In this document: one piece after another, positions 8,603-17,481 of the stretch | How the letters are laid out: each line of letters starts with the position of its first letter | How positions within the stretch are numbered: the first letter of the stretch is position 1 | IMG/VR virus record: IMGVR_UViG_3300021479_000013 | Span: 18,400 to 82,399 of that record | Direction: 5' to 3' (one strand) | Length of the DNA stretch: 64,000 bases | DNA from: a virus | Translations under genes and position numbers: made by a program | The notes under the pieces: generated by a model | What the model was told of the DNA's origin: nothing | The model's database searches: none | Seen by the model: the letters and a program-made list of their open reading frames with translations, nothing else

Positions 8603-10641
8603 TCATCACCTCCGAAGTTCATATCTCGGAGCATCCTAACCATCTTCGGGTCGCCCTTGCAGCCCCGGCCCTCTTCTACGATGTAGTGCTCTTGCACCAG
8701 TGAGTAAAAAGACTTCCGCCAAACCGTCAGACCGAATTTCCAGGCGTTCAGCGCGCGCTCCACGTCTCGTTTTTCCATCGTGCCGCCGTTCTTTCTGAGC
8801 AGCCGGATGACGCCTTGTTGAATAGCGGACTCGTCGTTCTTGGCCTCGAAGGTCATGAGGTAGTCTTTGACAGACTCCTCGTACTTGACCATCTCGATGC
8901 CGCGAGCTACACAGTCTTCGTCTATTTCTTCAAGACCCAAATCAATGCTAAAATACAAACTCCATTTTTCCGCTCGCGCTGCGGTACGGTTGCCGTAGAC
9001 TTCCAAGATACGTTGTAGCGGGGTCTTGTCGAAGAACTGGTACGTGCCCTTCGTAACCGCCGCGTCGATCACCTTGCGGGTCGCCAGAGCTGCCTCTTGG
9101 TAGTTTACAGCGTGCTCCAGCTTCAGCGGCGGAAGTGTCTTCGGTTCCAGAACCCAGGTGAATCGGTCGTTCAGTCCTGTGTCTTCCCCGGCCAGCTGAG
9201 ACCACAGTTCCGAAAACTTCTTATCAGTGGTCGCTGTAATGAGAGACGCGCAGTAAGTATTCGGGTCGATATTGAACGTGTCCTTCTTGCTCTTGATGGA
9301 GTTTGCGAAGTTGCCCGAGTCGTACAGCTTCAGCAACGCGCTGCTCATCCCGCTGCCCTCGATGCGGGCCTTCCCGACCAGGGATGACAGCTCATCGTAA
9401 AAGAGGACCGCGTTCTTGCAGTTGGTCCGCATCATGTCCGTACCCAAACCTTCCGGACTGCCCGCCTCCCACACGAGAGACTTACCGTCCGCGTTCTTAA
9501 TGTTCTTGGAGTACATCGAGAGCACGCTGGCGTAATCGAGAAACTTCATCGCGTCCTTGATCGAAGACGACTTGTTCGCGCGGCCCTTCTTGCCGATCAT
9601 TACCAGATAGAAGCTGGGCTTCCAAGACGCGTAAGGGACGTTGACCTTGGTAGCAAGGTAGTTCATCATCATCACCGCTGTCGGCATCCACATAAAGTAG
9701 TCGATGCGCGAGTTGCTCTCGCAGTAAGGCTTCACAAAACCCTCATATATGCTTGTTCCAAAAAGAACGTGACGAGGGAAAACTGGATATTCAATCGGGT
9801 CGAAGTTTAACGTCTCCTCGGGCTCTACTACTTCCAGCGGTGCTTGTTCCTGATTCAGCACAAGGCTCTTGTCTTCACCTGGGGGGAAGCTGGTGCAGAT
9901 AGACTTAGACATCTGAATAACTTTGCTGTCGTCAATCGGCTCTTCGCACTGCTCGTGAACTATGCGTAACAGCGCGACCTTGATCTCTTCTTGTGTTAAA
10001 CCTGCGTGCCGCAGCCGTCCGGCCTGGGATAGCATGAATCCGTGTATGCCGCCGTGCGCTACCTTGCCGCGCTCGTTGCGTGGTGCGTCTATTACCGTGG
10101 CCGTGCTCTGCTTTTGAATCTTCTGTGATATCAGCCACTGCACCAGCCACTCGGGGGCCTCAGCAATCGGCGTGTTCCAGTTCATCGCGGTGTAAGGCTG
10201 CCCGGTGTCCGGATGAATAGAGCCAGGGCCGACTACGTATTCTCTGTTTGTGCGGACAGACCAGTCCTGACCTATAACATACGTTTGAGAAAGATTGGGT
10301 AAATTCTTTGACGCATTGTTGTGTCTGAAATAATAATGACCCCGGCCAGGTCGGGAGCGCACACTGAAAGTTAGGGGCATTGTCTGCCCTGTATCTTTCT
10401 GCATTCGAGGGAGTACGTCCTTGGAGTCTGTTTCGAAGAACCAGATACCGTTCTCTTCTGCGCGCGCAACGCAAGCGACGTTGCAGTTGGGGTGTTGGTG
10501 GTCCCAGACGGCGATTTGATCTAAGTCGGTTGTTGCTGTGGTAGGAAAGTCTGGTAAGAATGCTGCCTTTGTTCCGGGGCGCACTGGTGTGACGGGTACA
10601 CCAAGCTTTGCAAGCGGTTCGGCTATCTCTCTAAAACCCAT
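8599..10641 (-). CDS. Bifunctional primase/polymerase (Prim-Pol plus PriCT) fused to a helicase-like NTPase domain
   Basis: PVRPGTK, NVA, GRGHYYF, YVVGPGSIHP, P.WL; C-terminal GKKGRANKSS, SPEGL, FYDEL, GLNDRF. Confidence 0.85.
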   Translation of the reverse strand: MGFREIAEPLAKLGVPVTPVRPGTKAAFLPDFPTTATTDLDQIAVWDHQHPNCNVACVARAEENGIWFFETDSKDVLPRMQKDTGQTMPLTFSVRSRPGRGHYYFRHNNASKNLPNLSQTYVIGQDWSVRTNREYVVGPGSIHPDTGQPYTAMNWNTPIAEAPEWLVQWLISQKIQKQSTATVIDAPRNERGKVAHGGIHGFMLSQAGRLRHAGLTQEEIKVALLRIVHEQCEEPIDDSKVIQMSKSICTSFPPGEDKSLVLNQEQAPLEVVEPEETLNFDPIEYPVFPRHVLFGTSIYEGFVKPYCESNSRIDYFMWMPTAVMMMNYLATKVNVPYASWKPSFYLVMIGKKGRANKSSSIKDAMKFLDYASVLSMYSKNIKNADGKSLVWEAGSPEGLGTDMMRTNCKNAVLFYDELSSLVGKARIEGSGMSSALLKLYDSGNFANSIKSKKDTFNIDPNTYCASLITATTDKKFSELWSQLAGEDTGLNDRFTWVLEPKTLPPLKLEHAVNYQEAALATRKVIDAAVTKGTYQFFDKTPLQRILEVYGNRTAARAEKWSLYFSIDLGLEEIDEDCVARGIEMVKYEESVKDYLMTFEAKNDESAIQQGVIRLLRKNGGTMEKRDVERALNAWKFGLTVWRKSFYSLVQEHYIVEEGRGCKGDPKMVRMLRDMNFGGDE

Positions 10642-10658
10642 GTGCCCTCGATTCGAAT

Positions 10659-10689
10659 ATTATACCACGCGCTCTGGCGTGGGCGTCAA
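10659..10689 (-). promoter_or_regulatory. Promoter upstream of the primase with an inverted repeat in the spacer
   Basis: TTGACG-N19-TATAAT with extended TG; the spacer contains CCACGC-N6-GCGTGG. Confidence 0.6.
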
Positions 10690-10732
10690 GCCTTATTTTC
10701 GGTTGGCTTTCACCGTTTCGAGGAGGAAACTC

Positions 10733-11362
10733 TTAGAACGCTTCGTTAGAAGCGGGCGGCTGGTTGAAAGACACGGTATTCGGCTGTCCAGGCTGTTGCT
10801 GCTGCTGAGGCTGGAACTGTTGGGGCTGTTGGGGAATCGCGTACGTCTGTACGGGGCGGCCCTGGGGTCCAGCTTGGGTCTTTACTCGGTCCTTGGCGCG
10901 AACGAAGCCCTGAGGCGTTCCTGGCGCGATCTGGCCTGGTGCTAGCGGCATCAGCCCGACGACGTTAGAGAAGAAGTCGCCCGGTTTGGCTGGGTTCGGT
11001 TCTTTGGTGAGGAGCAGCCCGTTGGAGCGGCCCATCAGAAGCTTTTCCAAGTCCTGTGTGGACGAGATGAGCGGCGGTGCGCCGTTCAACACGCTGTATA
11101 CGATCTTGAACAGATTGCGAAAGAGAGGCTGAGAAGACTTCTCGCTCATCGATGCCGTCGGGAATACCGTGGCTTCGAGCTGCTTTCCTTCCGGGTCCAA
11201 CGCGGGCGCGCCGTTCGGGAGGTTGAGAGCCCAGACGATGCGAACCTTGTCCTTGGGACCGAATGAGGTTTGGACCTTCGGCATGTCAACGACGTCGATA
11301 ATCGTGCCGATGTACATACCCGGTTCCGGTTTGAAAAATACCCTGCCTTGCGTGATTTCCAT
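10733..11362 (-). CDS. Putative single-stranded DNA-binding protein
   Basis: Beta-rich N-terminus (PEPGMYIGTIIDVVD), Gln/Pro-rich tail ending EAF, replication context. Confidence 0.55.
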   Translation of the reverse strand: MEITQGRVFFKPEPGMYIGTIIDVVDMPKVQTSFGPKDKVRIVWALNLPNGAPALDPEGKQLEATVFPTASMSEKSSQPLFRNLFKIVYSVLNGAPPLISSTQDLEKLLMGRSNGLLLTKEPNPAKPGDFFSNVVGLMPLAPGQIAPGTPQGFVRAKDRVKTQAGPQGRPVQTYAIPQQPQQFQPQQQQQPGQPNTVSFNQPPASNEAF

Positions 11363-11393
11363 GTTCCATCCTTGTGCGCTGTGCGCGTCTATT

Positions 11394-12116
11394 TTACTGC
11401 TGGTCTTCCAGTTCCTCCGGTAGGAGGTCTAGAACTTGTAATGAAAACTCGTTGTTGACCTTGGTCGCCAGGTCGTTAAGGTCGATCTCTTTTACGGCCT
11501 TCCACCAGATGCGATGGTCGTTGTTCCAGCGAAACTTGTGCCTCTTAGCCGCCTTGTTATTGCTGAAGTCTTGTTTCGATTGTACAACAAGCATCGGGCT
11601 CTTCGCGCGCTCTAATACTACTTCGAAGGAAAACTTTGCCACCAGCCGAAGCATTGCGCCGACGTCCGCGCCTGCCTCGTGCGCGTCATAATAAATCCCG
11701 AGCTTTGCACACATCGTAATTAATTCTTGGCCTTTCATAGGCACGTCGGTGAAGGGATCGATAAGCAGCTTATCTGGAAAATCTTTCTTGACTCGTTTGG
11801 CCCAAGCCTGGCACATAGGCACGTCAAAACGGTGGCCGTTGAAGGCTACGATAGCCTCTGCCTTGTCCATGAAGTACATCATCTCGTCGAACGCTTCGCT
11901 GGGCTCGTATCCGAAGTTGTCGACCATGCTCTGGGTGATGCCTGTAATTTCTGTAATCTCATCTGTAACGGGGACGCCGTCGGACTTGATTAAGAGAGCG
12001 CGGGTATCTAGACTGCGGTTATATTTTGTCGTCCACAAGGCGATGCCGACTTCTATTGGGCGGTCTTGCACCTTGTCGAGTCCCGTGCTCTCTATGTCGA
12101 AACCTGCTAGAATCAT
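11394..12116 (-). CDS. DnaQ-like DEDDh 3'-5' exonuclease
   Basis: FDIESTGLD, ITGIT, AFNGHRFD, AHEAGADV motifs. Confidence 0.92.
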   Translation of the reverse strand: MILAGFDIESTGLDKVQDRPIEVGIALWTTKYNRSLDTRALLIKSDGVPVTDEITEITGITQSMVDNFGYEPSEAFDEMMYFMDKAEAIVAFNGHRFDVPMCQAWAKRVKKDFPDKLLIDPFTDVPMKGQELITMCAKLGIYYDAHEAGADVGAMLRLVAKFSFEVVLERAKSPMLVVQSKQDFSNNKAAKRHKFRWNNDHRIWWKAVKEIDLNDLATKVNNEFSLQVLDLLPEELEDQQ

Positions 12117-12151
12117 TTTGTCCCTTTCATTGGCTCACCGAGCAGTGGCAT

Positions 12152-12502
12152 CTATTGTTTCACCGGCTCGTCGCCGTTTTCCAAGCGCTCGACGCCGTCT
12201 GTGTCGGGCATGGTCATCTCGCCTGTCATCGGAAAAATCGAGACGTCCATCTTGACAATCCACTTCATCGGAACGATCATGCGGTCGGCTGGCATCTTCA
12301 TTATATCGATCAAAGCGCCCTGGTCCCGCTGGCATATCATCGCCTGCATTCTCACGAACGCGCCAGCTTGGGCCTCGATAGCCTCGTCGTACATCTTGGC
12401 GTCGTAGCCTTTCATTAAGAGGAAGGCGTAAATCACCGGGGGCAGGCCGTTCGCCTGCCCGTCCGTTGATATGTGTCCGTTGAACCTGATTGCGTGGTCC
12501 AT
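12152..12502 (-). CDS. Hypothetical protein
   Basis: Packed ORF with stop/start overlap. Confidence 0.65.
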   Translation of the reverse strand: MDHAIRFNGHISTDGQANGLPPVIYAFLLMKGYDAKMYDEAIEAQAGAFVRMQAMICQRDQGALIDIMKMPADRMIVPMKWIVKMDVSIFPMTGEMTMPDTDGVERLENGDEPVKQ

Positions 12503-12852
12503 TAGCTCAGTTGGACTTTCGCGGGATGCCCGCTCTTGATTGCTTCGTTAGTCTGGCGCGCGTGCGCGGCTGCTTGTGCGGCCTGGGCGATAGCTGCCTG
12601 GTTGCCTGCTACGAGCTTGGGCTGTTCCAGAATGTTGTGAACGCCCGTGCTGATTGCCTTGACTTCGCATACGTCCGAGCAGTACACCAAATTTCGTCCG
12701 TCGGCAGTCTGTGTCACGCGGGTCGCGCGCAGCCAGACGTTCTCGGGTAGCTCAAACGTTTCCTTCTCTGCCTTACGGTCGTACATGATTCCTTTGGTGC
12801 ACTCGGGGCCGTCACAAGAGATTGCCCTGATCTGACTGTCTACGATTCCCAT
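12502..12852 (-). CDS. Hypothetical Cys-containing protein
   Basis: CDGPEC and YCSDVC motifs; AGGAG RBS. Confidence 0.65.
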   Translation of the reverse strand: MGIVDSQIRAISCDGPECTKGIMYDRKAEKETFELPENVWLRATRVTQTADGRNLVYCSDVCEVKAISTGVHNILEQPKLVAGNQAAIAQAAQAAAHARQTNEAIKSGHPAKVQLS

Positions 12853-12865
12853 TTTTATTTCTCCT

Positions 12866-13417
12866 TTAAAGCTGCTGCCCGCCGTCGAAAAGTATGTCGT
12901 AGAATCTTTCTAGGAACAATTGCTTGTTCACCCGGAAGGATGTCTCCACGATATTTACGTCGGCTGCTAGCTTGTCCTTGCTCCACGAATTCTTCCACTC
13001 GGTCGTCGGCATGATCTGCGCTTTCTCAGCGTAAAGCATTTGATTGTCGATCTCGTGGATTATCTCCGGGTCCTTCTCGTCCAACCCGAATCTGTTATAA
13101 ATCATCCCTTGAATTGGGGCCTCGATCTTTCGGTACTCGACGCCTGCGGGGGTGAAGTGTTTCAAAGGCCTATTTACATCTCCTATGTATGTTTCGCTCG
13201 CGTCATGAAGGAGGAATCGGAGAGCGTACCACTTCGGCACGAGGTAGCTGCCGAGTCGGCTGTGCTGCGATACCGGGTACGGAAAGCGGCAGTGGCCTGT
13301 AAACCTGTTGCACTGGCTAGACGAGTGCGCGATATCCTCGATGCACACCATCTCCGGAGTCGGCTCCAGTATGTCGAAGTACAATCCGGTCGAGGTGACT
13401 ATCGTCGCTTGGCTCAA
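12866..13417 (-). CDS. HD-domain nucleotide phosphohydrolase (YfbR-like)
   Basis: IEDIAHS...RFTGH...VSQHS...LLHDASETYIGD..RPLK...IDNQML..E. Confidence 0.9.
   Translation of the reverse strand: MSQATIVTSTGLYFDILEPTPEMVCIEDIAHSSSQCNRFTGHCRFPYPVSQHSRLGSYLVPKWYALRFLLHDASETYIGDVNRPLKHFTPAGVEYRKIEAPIQGMIYNRFGLDEKDPEIIHEIDNQMLYAEKAQIMPTTEWKNSWSKDKLAADVNIVETSFRVNKQLFLERFYDILFDGGQQL
13196..13416. repeat. Copy 1 of a ~221 bp direct repeat (partner 14015-14235)
   Basis: Manual alignment gives about 12 mismatches, mostly synonymous; the 5' ~110 bp of the two genes are identical. Confidence 0.95.
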
Positions 13418-13418
13418 C

Positions 13419-13631
13419 TTACCGTCCTCGTTCCTTTGCGTTTAATGGACGAAGTTCACCCGCGTAAAAGAACGGAGACAAAAACTCATCTCTCTTATTC
13501 TTGCCCGGCAAGTATCCGTCAGTGAAATAGTATTCTATGGTATGAATACGCCTTACGGCGCTGATGTACCGATAGTCTTTGTTGCCAGTTTTTCTAAGGG
13601 CTACAACTTGTCCTACCTTGAATGTCGTCAT
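13419..13631 (-). CDS. Hypothetical protein
   Basis: AAGGA RBS; FKVGQVV start typical of small phage SH3-like proteins. Confidence 0.6.
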   Translation of the reverse strand: MTTFKVGQVVALRKTGNKDYRYISAVRRIHTIEYYFTDGYLPGKNKRDEFLSPFFYAGELRPLNAKERGR

Positions 13632-13642
13632 TATTTATCCTT

Positions 13643-14236
13643 TTAATTCTCTGAGTTTAACTTCCCTGCGTACTCCAAACTTACCAGGTCCCAGTAAAGA
13701 GATAGCGTTTTAATTTTCAATTGCTCCAAAGTTCCATTGTTGTCGATAACGTAGTTCGCCATCTCTTTCGTTACAGAGCATGACGTTGAAGGCTCCGGTG
13801 ATACGTGCTTGCTGCGGTCGACCCATATGCTGTAGTCGAATAGGCGCTCGTCGCGCACTGCGTTTAGTTCCACCTCGCTGCGCATGCCGACGTAGATGTC
13901 GTTATCCGCGTAAATCTCCCTGGCGAGCCGAGCCGCGTCCGGCGTATTGAAGGCCTTGATCTGCTCGTACCAGTCTTGACGGTGGTTAACACGGTCGGCG
14001 TAGCACTCGTCCAGGCTCGCGTCGTGCAGGAGGAAGCGGAGAGCGTACTTCATCGGCACGAGAAAGCTTCCGAGTCGGCTGTGCTGCGATACAGGGTACG
14101 GAAAGCGGCAGTGGCCCGTAAATCTGTTGCACTGGCTAGACGAGTGCGCGATATCCTCGATGCACACCATCTCCGGAGTCGGCTCCAGTATGTCGAAGTA
14201 CAATCCGGTCGAGGTGACTATCGTCGCTTGGCTCAC
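13643..14236 (-). CDS. Chimera: HD-hydrolase N-terminus fused to a P-loop kinase-like C-terminus
   Basis: The first 74 aa nearly match 12866..13417. The rest (ECYADR.NHR..WY...DIYVGMR..E...IWVD...VIDNNGTLEQL) resembles phage dNMP-kinase-like proteins. Confidence 0.75.
   Translation of the reverse strand: MSQATIVTSTGLYFDILEPTPEMVCIEDIAHSSSQCNRFTGHCRFPYPVSQHSRLGSFLVPMKYALRFLLHDASLDECYADRVNHRQDWYEQIKAFNTPDAARLAREIYADNDIYVGMRSEVELNAVRDERLFDYSIWVDRSKHVSPEPSTSCSVTKEMANYVIDNNGTLEQLKIKTLSLYWDLVSLEYAGKLNSEN
14015..14235. repeat. Copy 2 of the ~221 bp direct repeat
   Basis: See 13196-13416. Confidence 0.95.
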
Positions 14237-14802
14237 TTGGTTCCCATAGTTTTCAGGTAGTGGACCAACGTAATCGCTTGCTCTTCGAAGAGCGCTACGT
14301 GCCCGTGCATGTTGCAGAGGATGGAGTCGAACGCGTAACTGTCTAGCTCGATCTCGCTTTGATGATTGCTAGGACGGTCTGACGCTATAAGCCGTCTGCC
14401 GAGTTCGTCGTATCTTTTAATGTCCACGATGTGCGCGCCTAGTTTCTTCAGTCCGTCAGCCTCGTTGAGGTAGCGAACGTCGGAGAATATTACAACGCCT
14501 GCAGTTGGGTCGATCTTTTTAATGCCCTGGTCGAACCAAAAGTTTTCGCCGTTCTGATACCGCTTGGTAGCGCCGACGTCCTGCAGAAGAGGCGCGTCCT
14601 TCCCTATCATGCCATATTCCTTCCTGCACACATCATACAGAGAGTCCGCGAAGCCTATGCCTTGCACTGTAGGCGAAGCGGTCTTGAGACCGTGTTTACG
14701 CTGCATCTCTCTCATCGCGTCGTAGTAGTTCTTAACCGCGTCGACGAACGTTCCCTTGCCCTGACGTGCCTTGTGGCCGAGTCCGATTATGATCTGTGTC
14801 AT
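14233..14802 (-). CDS. Deoxynucleoside monophosphate kinase
   Basis: IIGLGHKARQGKGT P-loop, FADSL, LLQDVG, SDVRYLNE, HQSE. Confidence 0.85.
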   Translation of the reverse strand: MTQIIIGLGHKARQGKGTFVDAVKNYYDAMREMQRKHGLKTASPTVQGIGFADSLYDVCRKEYGMIGKDAPLLQDVGATKRYQNGENFWFDQGIKKIDPTAGVVIFSDVRYLNEADGLKKLGAHIVDIKRYDELGRRLIASDRPSNHQSEIELDSYAFDSILCNMHGHVALFEEQAITLVHYLKTMGTK

Positions 14803-14803
14803 G

Positions 14804-15061
14804 TTATTCTCCCGATTCCATTTCCTGCCGACGTTTCAGTCTGGCGTGGTAGAACAAGTCTAACATATGTGTGCCGACTTCGATAGCCTTATTTTCTTTC
14901 ATCTGGTGCTGCTTCGCTAGGTGCCCGATCAGCGAGAGCGCGAAGCCTGTGCCTAAATACTTGTGGCAGTCCTTGCAATCGATCACGCCGTACTCGGGCA
15001 GCTCGATCTGAATAGGCTGGACCTTGGGTCCGAATATCCAGCGGTGAACCATTGATAGCAT
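14804..15061 (-). CDS. Hypothetical protein with C2H2-like motif
   Basis: CKDC...HLAKQH. Confidence 0.55.
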   Translation of the reverse strand: MLSMVHRWIFGPKVQPIQIELPEYGVIDCKDCHKYLGTGFALSLIGHLAKQHQMKENKAIEVGTHMLDLFYHARLKRRQEMESGE

Positions 15062-15249
15062 TAAAGCGCCTCCACTGCCTGGTAGATTACAACGTACCGT
15101 TCCGATATCCAGTTGCCTTGTGCCATTACTGCCATCTGTACAGTCACATTTATTACTTCAAAATGCTGTTCGCTGCCGTGTTGATAAACAAACGCGTTCA
15201 CCTGCTCCGCGCTGTTAAAAACCTTGGCGTAAGTTGCTGGGTTCTTCAT
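15061..15249 (-). CDS. Hypothetical protein
   Basis: ATG 15249 with GAGGGG RBS, overlapping the upstream stop. Confidence 0.55.
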   Translation of the reverse strand: MKNPATYAKVFNSAEQVNAFVYQHGSEQHFEVINVTVQMAVMAQGNWISERYVVIYQAVEAL

Positions 15250-15434
15250 GCTCCCCTCTTTGTTGCTTCCCTGATATCGTTCGGCTCCGAGCAGATGGAG
15301 CACGGTACTACCTTGCGCTCCGGGTTCAGGTCTGTGACCATCCAGAAGCCTGAGCACCGTTGACATCCCAGCTTGCCGTTGAAGTAGATCACGTTCTTCG
15401 GCTTCATATCTCGTTTCGGTTTACGTTCTTCCAT
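15246..15434 (-). CDS. Small zinc-ribbon protein
   Basis: CQRC...CSIC. Confidence 0.6.
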   Translation of the reverse strand: MEERKPKRDMKPKNVIYFNGKLGCQRCSGFWMVTDLNPERKVVPCSICSEPNDIREATKRGA

Positions 15435-16300
15435 TACAGCCTCTTTCCACGCGCGTGCACGTTGACATCAATACGCCCGTCTTCTTGCAAGATTGCTACG
15501 CTGATTCCACGGTTGCCTGGTCCCATGCGCATCTTCGCCGCGTATCCGCCGAAGTACCTCAAGTACGAGGGGCTGATAATGGCTACGGTGTTGCGCTCGT
15601 ATGCGGAGCCGTCCGGCGCATACTCGATCTGATAGATGATGTCGACCATAGGCTGGTGAAGGTGCCCGGTCCAGAGGAGGTCTGCGCGCGCCCAGGTCAG
15701 TTCTTTCCTGGCGCTGTTACGCTGCGCGCCCGGTGTCTGCGCGCCGCCTGCGCCGTGGTGCGCGACCAAGCGAAACCGATTGCCGCGCCACTTAAGCTGA
15801 GCGAAGCAGTAGTCGGAGAAGTACGGCACTTGCAGATTATCTGCTAGCCGGTGGCCGCTGGAAACGCCGCACGCCTTGCTGCTTCGGTCTTCGTGATTAC
15901 CCGGAAGGGAGAAAAGCATCTTGTGCTGGATTGGCGCGAGCATCTTCGTTGCGGAGAGAATCTGCTCCTCATTCGACATAGGCGTGTGGCCCATCTTCGG
16001 GTCTGTCACGTTCTCGATCATGTCGCCGCCGTTCCACGTTAGAACGTTCGGAGTCTTGGCAATCCAATCTCGGTGCTTCAAGAAGAGCTTCTCGTCGAAT
16101 TCCCTGCTACCGATATGGACGTCGTAGAGGGGCGCGAGCTGAACGCAGTCCCAGCTATCCGGGATGTTGACAACCAATTCGGGAAACTCGCTTTCCGGTC
16201 GGACGATTCGGAAGGGGCGCTTGCCGAAGGTCTCTTGAATCTCCTCAATCTCGGTGAGGTAGTCCTTCTCGATAATCTCAACTGTCTTGGTTGCCTTCAT
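15434..16300 (-). CDS. Calcineurin-like metallophosphoesterase
   Basis: DVHIG, GGDMIE, GNHE, HHG, GHLH motifs. Confidence 0.9.
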   Translation of the reverse strand: MKATKTVEIIEKDYLTEIEEIQETFGKRPFRIVRPESEFPELVVNIPDSWDCVQLAPLYDVHIGSREFDEKLFLKHRDWIAKTPNVLTWNGGDMIENVTDPKMGHTPMSNEEQILSATKMLAPIQHKMLFSLPGNHEDRSSKACGVSSGHRLADNLQVPYFSDYCFAQLKWRGNRFRLVAHHGAGGAQTPGAQRNSARKELTWARADLLWTGHLHQPMVDIIYQIEYAPDGSAYERNTVAIISPSYLRYFGGYAAKMRMGPGNRGISVAILQEDGRIDVNVHARGKRL

Positions 16301-16308
16301 CTTTTCTC

Positions 16309-16725
16309 CTATCTGATTCCAAGTCTCATTCTTAAAATTTCTGAAATGCTCTTTCGTCGGGTCGGGTTCTTGGCGTAACGGGCCATTCTCTTCCTATCCC
16401 TGACTTTTTCTCCGTATTTATGATAACTTCTTCTGGTCGACGGACTTACGGCTCCATCGGACCTTCTATTACAGCAAGAAGAGCATTTCTTAGCGCCACC
16501 GTATACATAAGCGCTGCGGTTACACCGACGACCAGGGTGGAAAGTACAACAAATAATTTCTTTGTCCCATCTTAGTGATCTTCTCTTTTTTGATTTTGGG
16601 CCCTTGTGATACCCAGTACAACATGTGGAGCACATAGTTGTACGATTTCCTGCCCGCCACCTGCTTGGCACAATAGGCTTCCCGTGAATTCTGCAAGGCC
16701 TTTTTTCTGGTGGTGGAATATCCAT
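16309..16725 (-). CDS. Basic Cys/His-rich protein with two CxxH...CSxC repeats; AT-rich insertion with its own promoter
   Basis: CRIHG...CSTC and CTFHP...CSSC; upstream TTGACA-N17-TAGGCT (about 16752-16780) and AGGA RBS. Confidence 0.6.
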   Translation of the reverse strand: MDIPPPEKRPCRIHGKPIVPSRWRAGNRTTMCSTCCTGYHKGPKSKKRRSLRWDKEIICCTFHPGRRCNRSAYVYGGAKKCSSCCNRRSDGAVSPSTRRSYHKYGEKVRDRKRMARYAKNPTRRKSISEILRMRLGIR

Positions 16726-16788
16726 TAACTTCCTTTCCTGAATTCTTAAGAAGCCTACCATGTTCGCCTTGTTTTGTCAAGACTTATT

Positions 16789-17481
16789 TTACGGCTTCAA
16801 AAGTGTGCGACCGATAAACCCTACGACCACGCCCGCGCCAAACCATTTAAGCTTGCTCTTGCGGCACTCGTCCTTCGCTGCCTTCAGTACCTCGCCGTCT
16901 GTCTTGATTTGTCCCGCGAGTACGACCGCGTCTTGCTTAATGATTCCAGCCTGGTCCGCGATAGTTCCGGCCTGGTTCTTAATCACTCCAGCTTGCTGAA
17001 CAACCGTCTGCGAATCCGCGAGGCCTTGGTCCAATTTTGCAACGATCTCTTGCCCGAGCGGCAGAGGTACAATCAAATCCTGCGACGCGTCGAGGGTGAT
17101 AGCGCCTTGCTTGAATCCTGTCAGCGTCTCGATGCGGTGGCCCAGGTCAGGTGCTGGCAGAGCCTGGTCGTGGACGATCTGAACCTTAGTCTGTGATTGA
17201 ATCTGCGCGATGGACGCGAGGAATGTCGCGTTCTCTTTCTGGCGCTCGATCTCGTTTGCGGCATAAGCTGCTGCCAGCTGTGACGAGTGGTCTTTCTCGA
17301 CCGCGAGCGCTTGCTCAGCTGCCGTGGCCCGCGCCTCTTGGATAGACGCGACCTTTCCTTCGATCTCGTAGATACCGAAACCGAGAGCGCACGCCAGAGC
17401 TACGTAGAGCACGATATGATGTGCCGTCAAAAAGACAACCGCGTTAGACTCGAAAGATTTAATTTCACCTGGAACTGTCAT
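16789..17481 (-). CDS. Membrane-anchored coiled-coil protein, possibly spanin-like
   Basis: N-terminal TM segment, Ala/Gln coiled coil, C-terminal hydrophobic WFGAGVVVGFIG. Confidence 0.55.
   Translation of the reverse strand: MTVPGEIKSFESNAVVFLTAHHIVLYVALACALGFGIYEIEGKVASIQEARATAAEQALAVEKDHSSQLAAAYAANEIERQKENATFLASIAQIQSQTKVQIVHDQALPAPDLGHRIETLTGFKQGAITLDASQDLIVPLPLGQEIVAKLDQGLADSQTVVQQAGVIKNQAGTIADQAGIIKQDAVVLAGQIKTDGEVLKAAKDECRKSKLKWFGAGVVVGFIGRTLLKP

Noticed and set aside
12866-13417. HD hydrolase plus PolA as a 2-aminoadenine (DatZ/DpoZ/PurZ) system
   Set aside because: No PurZ-like or other base-modification gene is visible, and YfbR-like HD proteins are common in ordinary phages. Cannot be excluded for sequence outside the window.
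13196-14235. The ~221 bp repeat as a DGR template/variable repeat pair
   Set aside because: Mismatches are not adenine-specific and are mostly synonymous, both copies are gene 5' ends, and there is no reverse transcriptase in the window.
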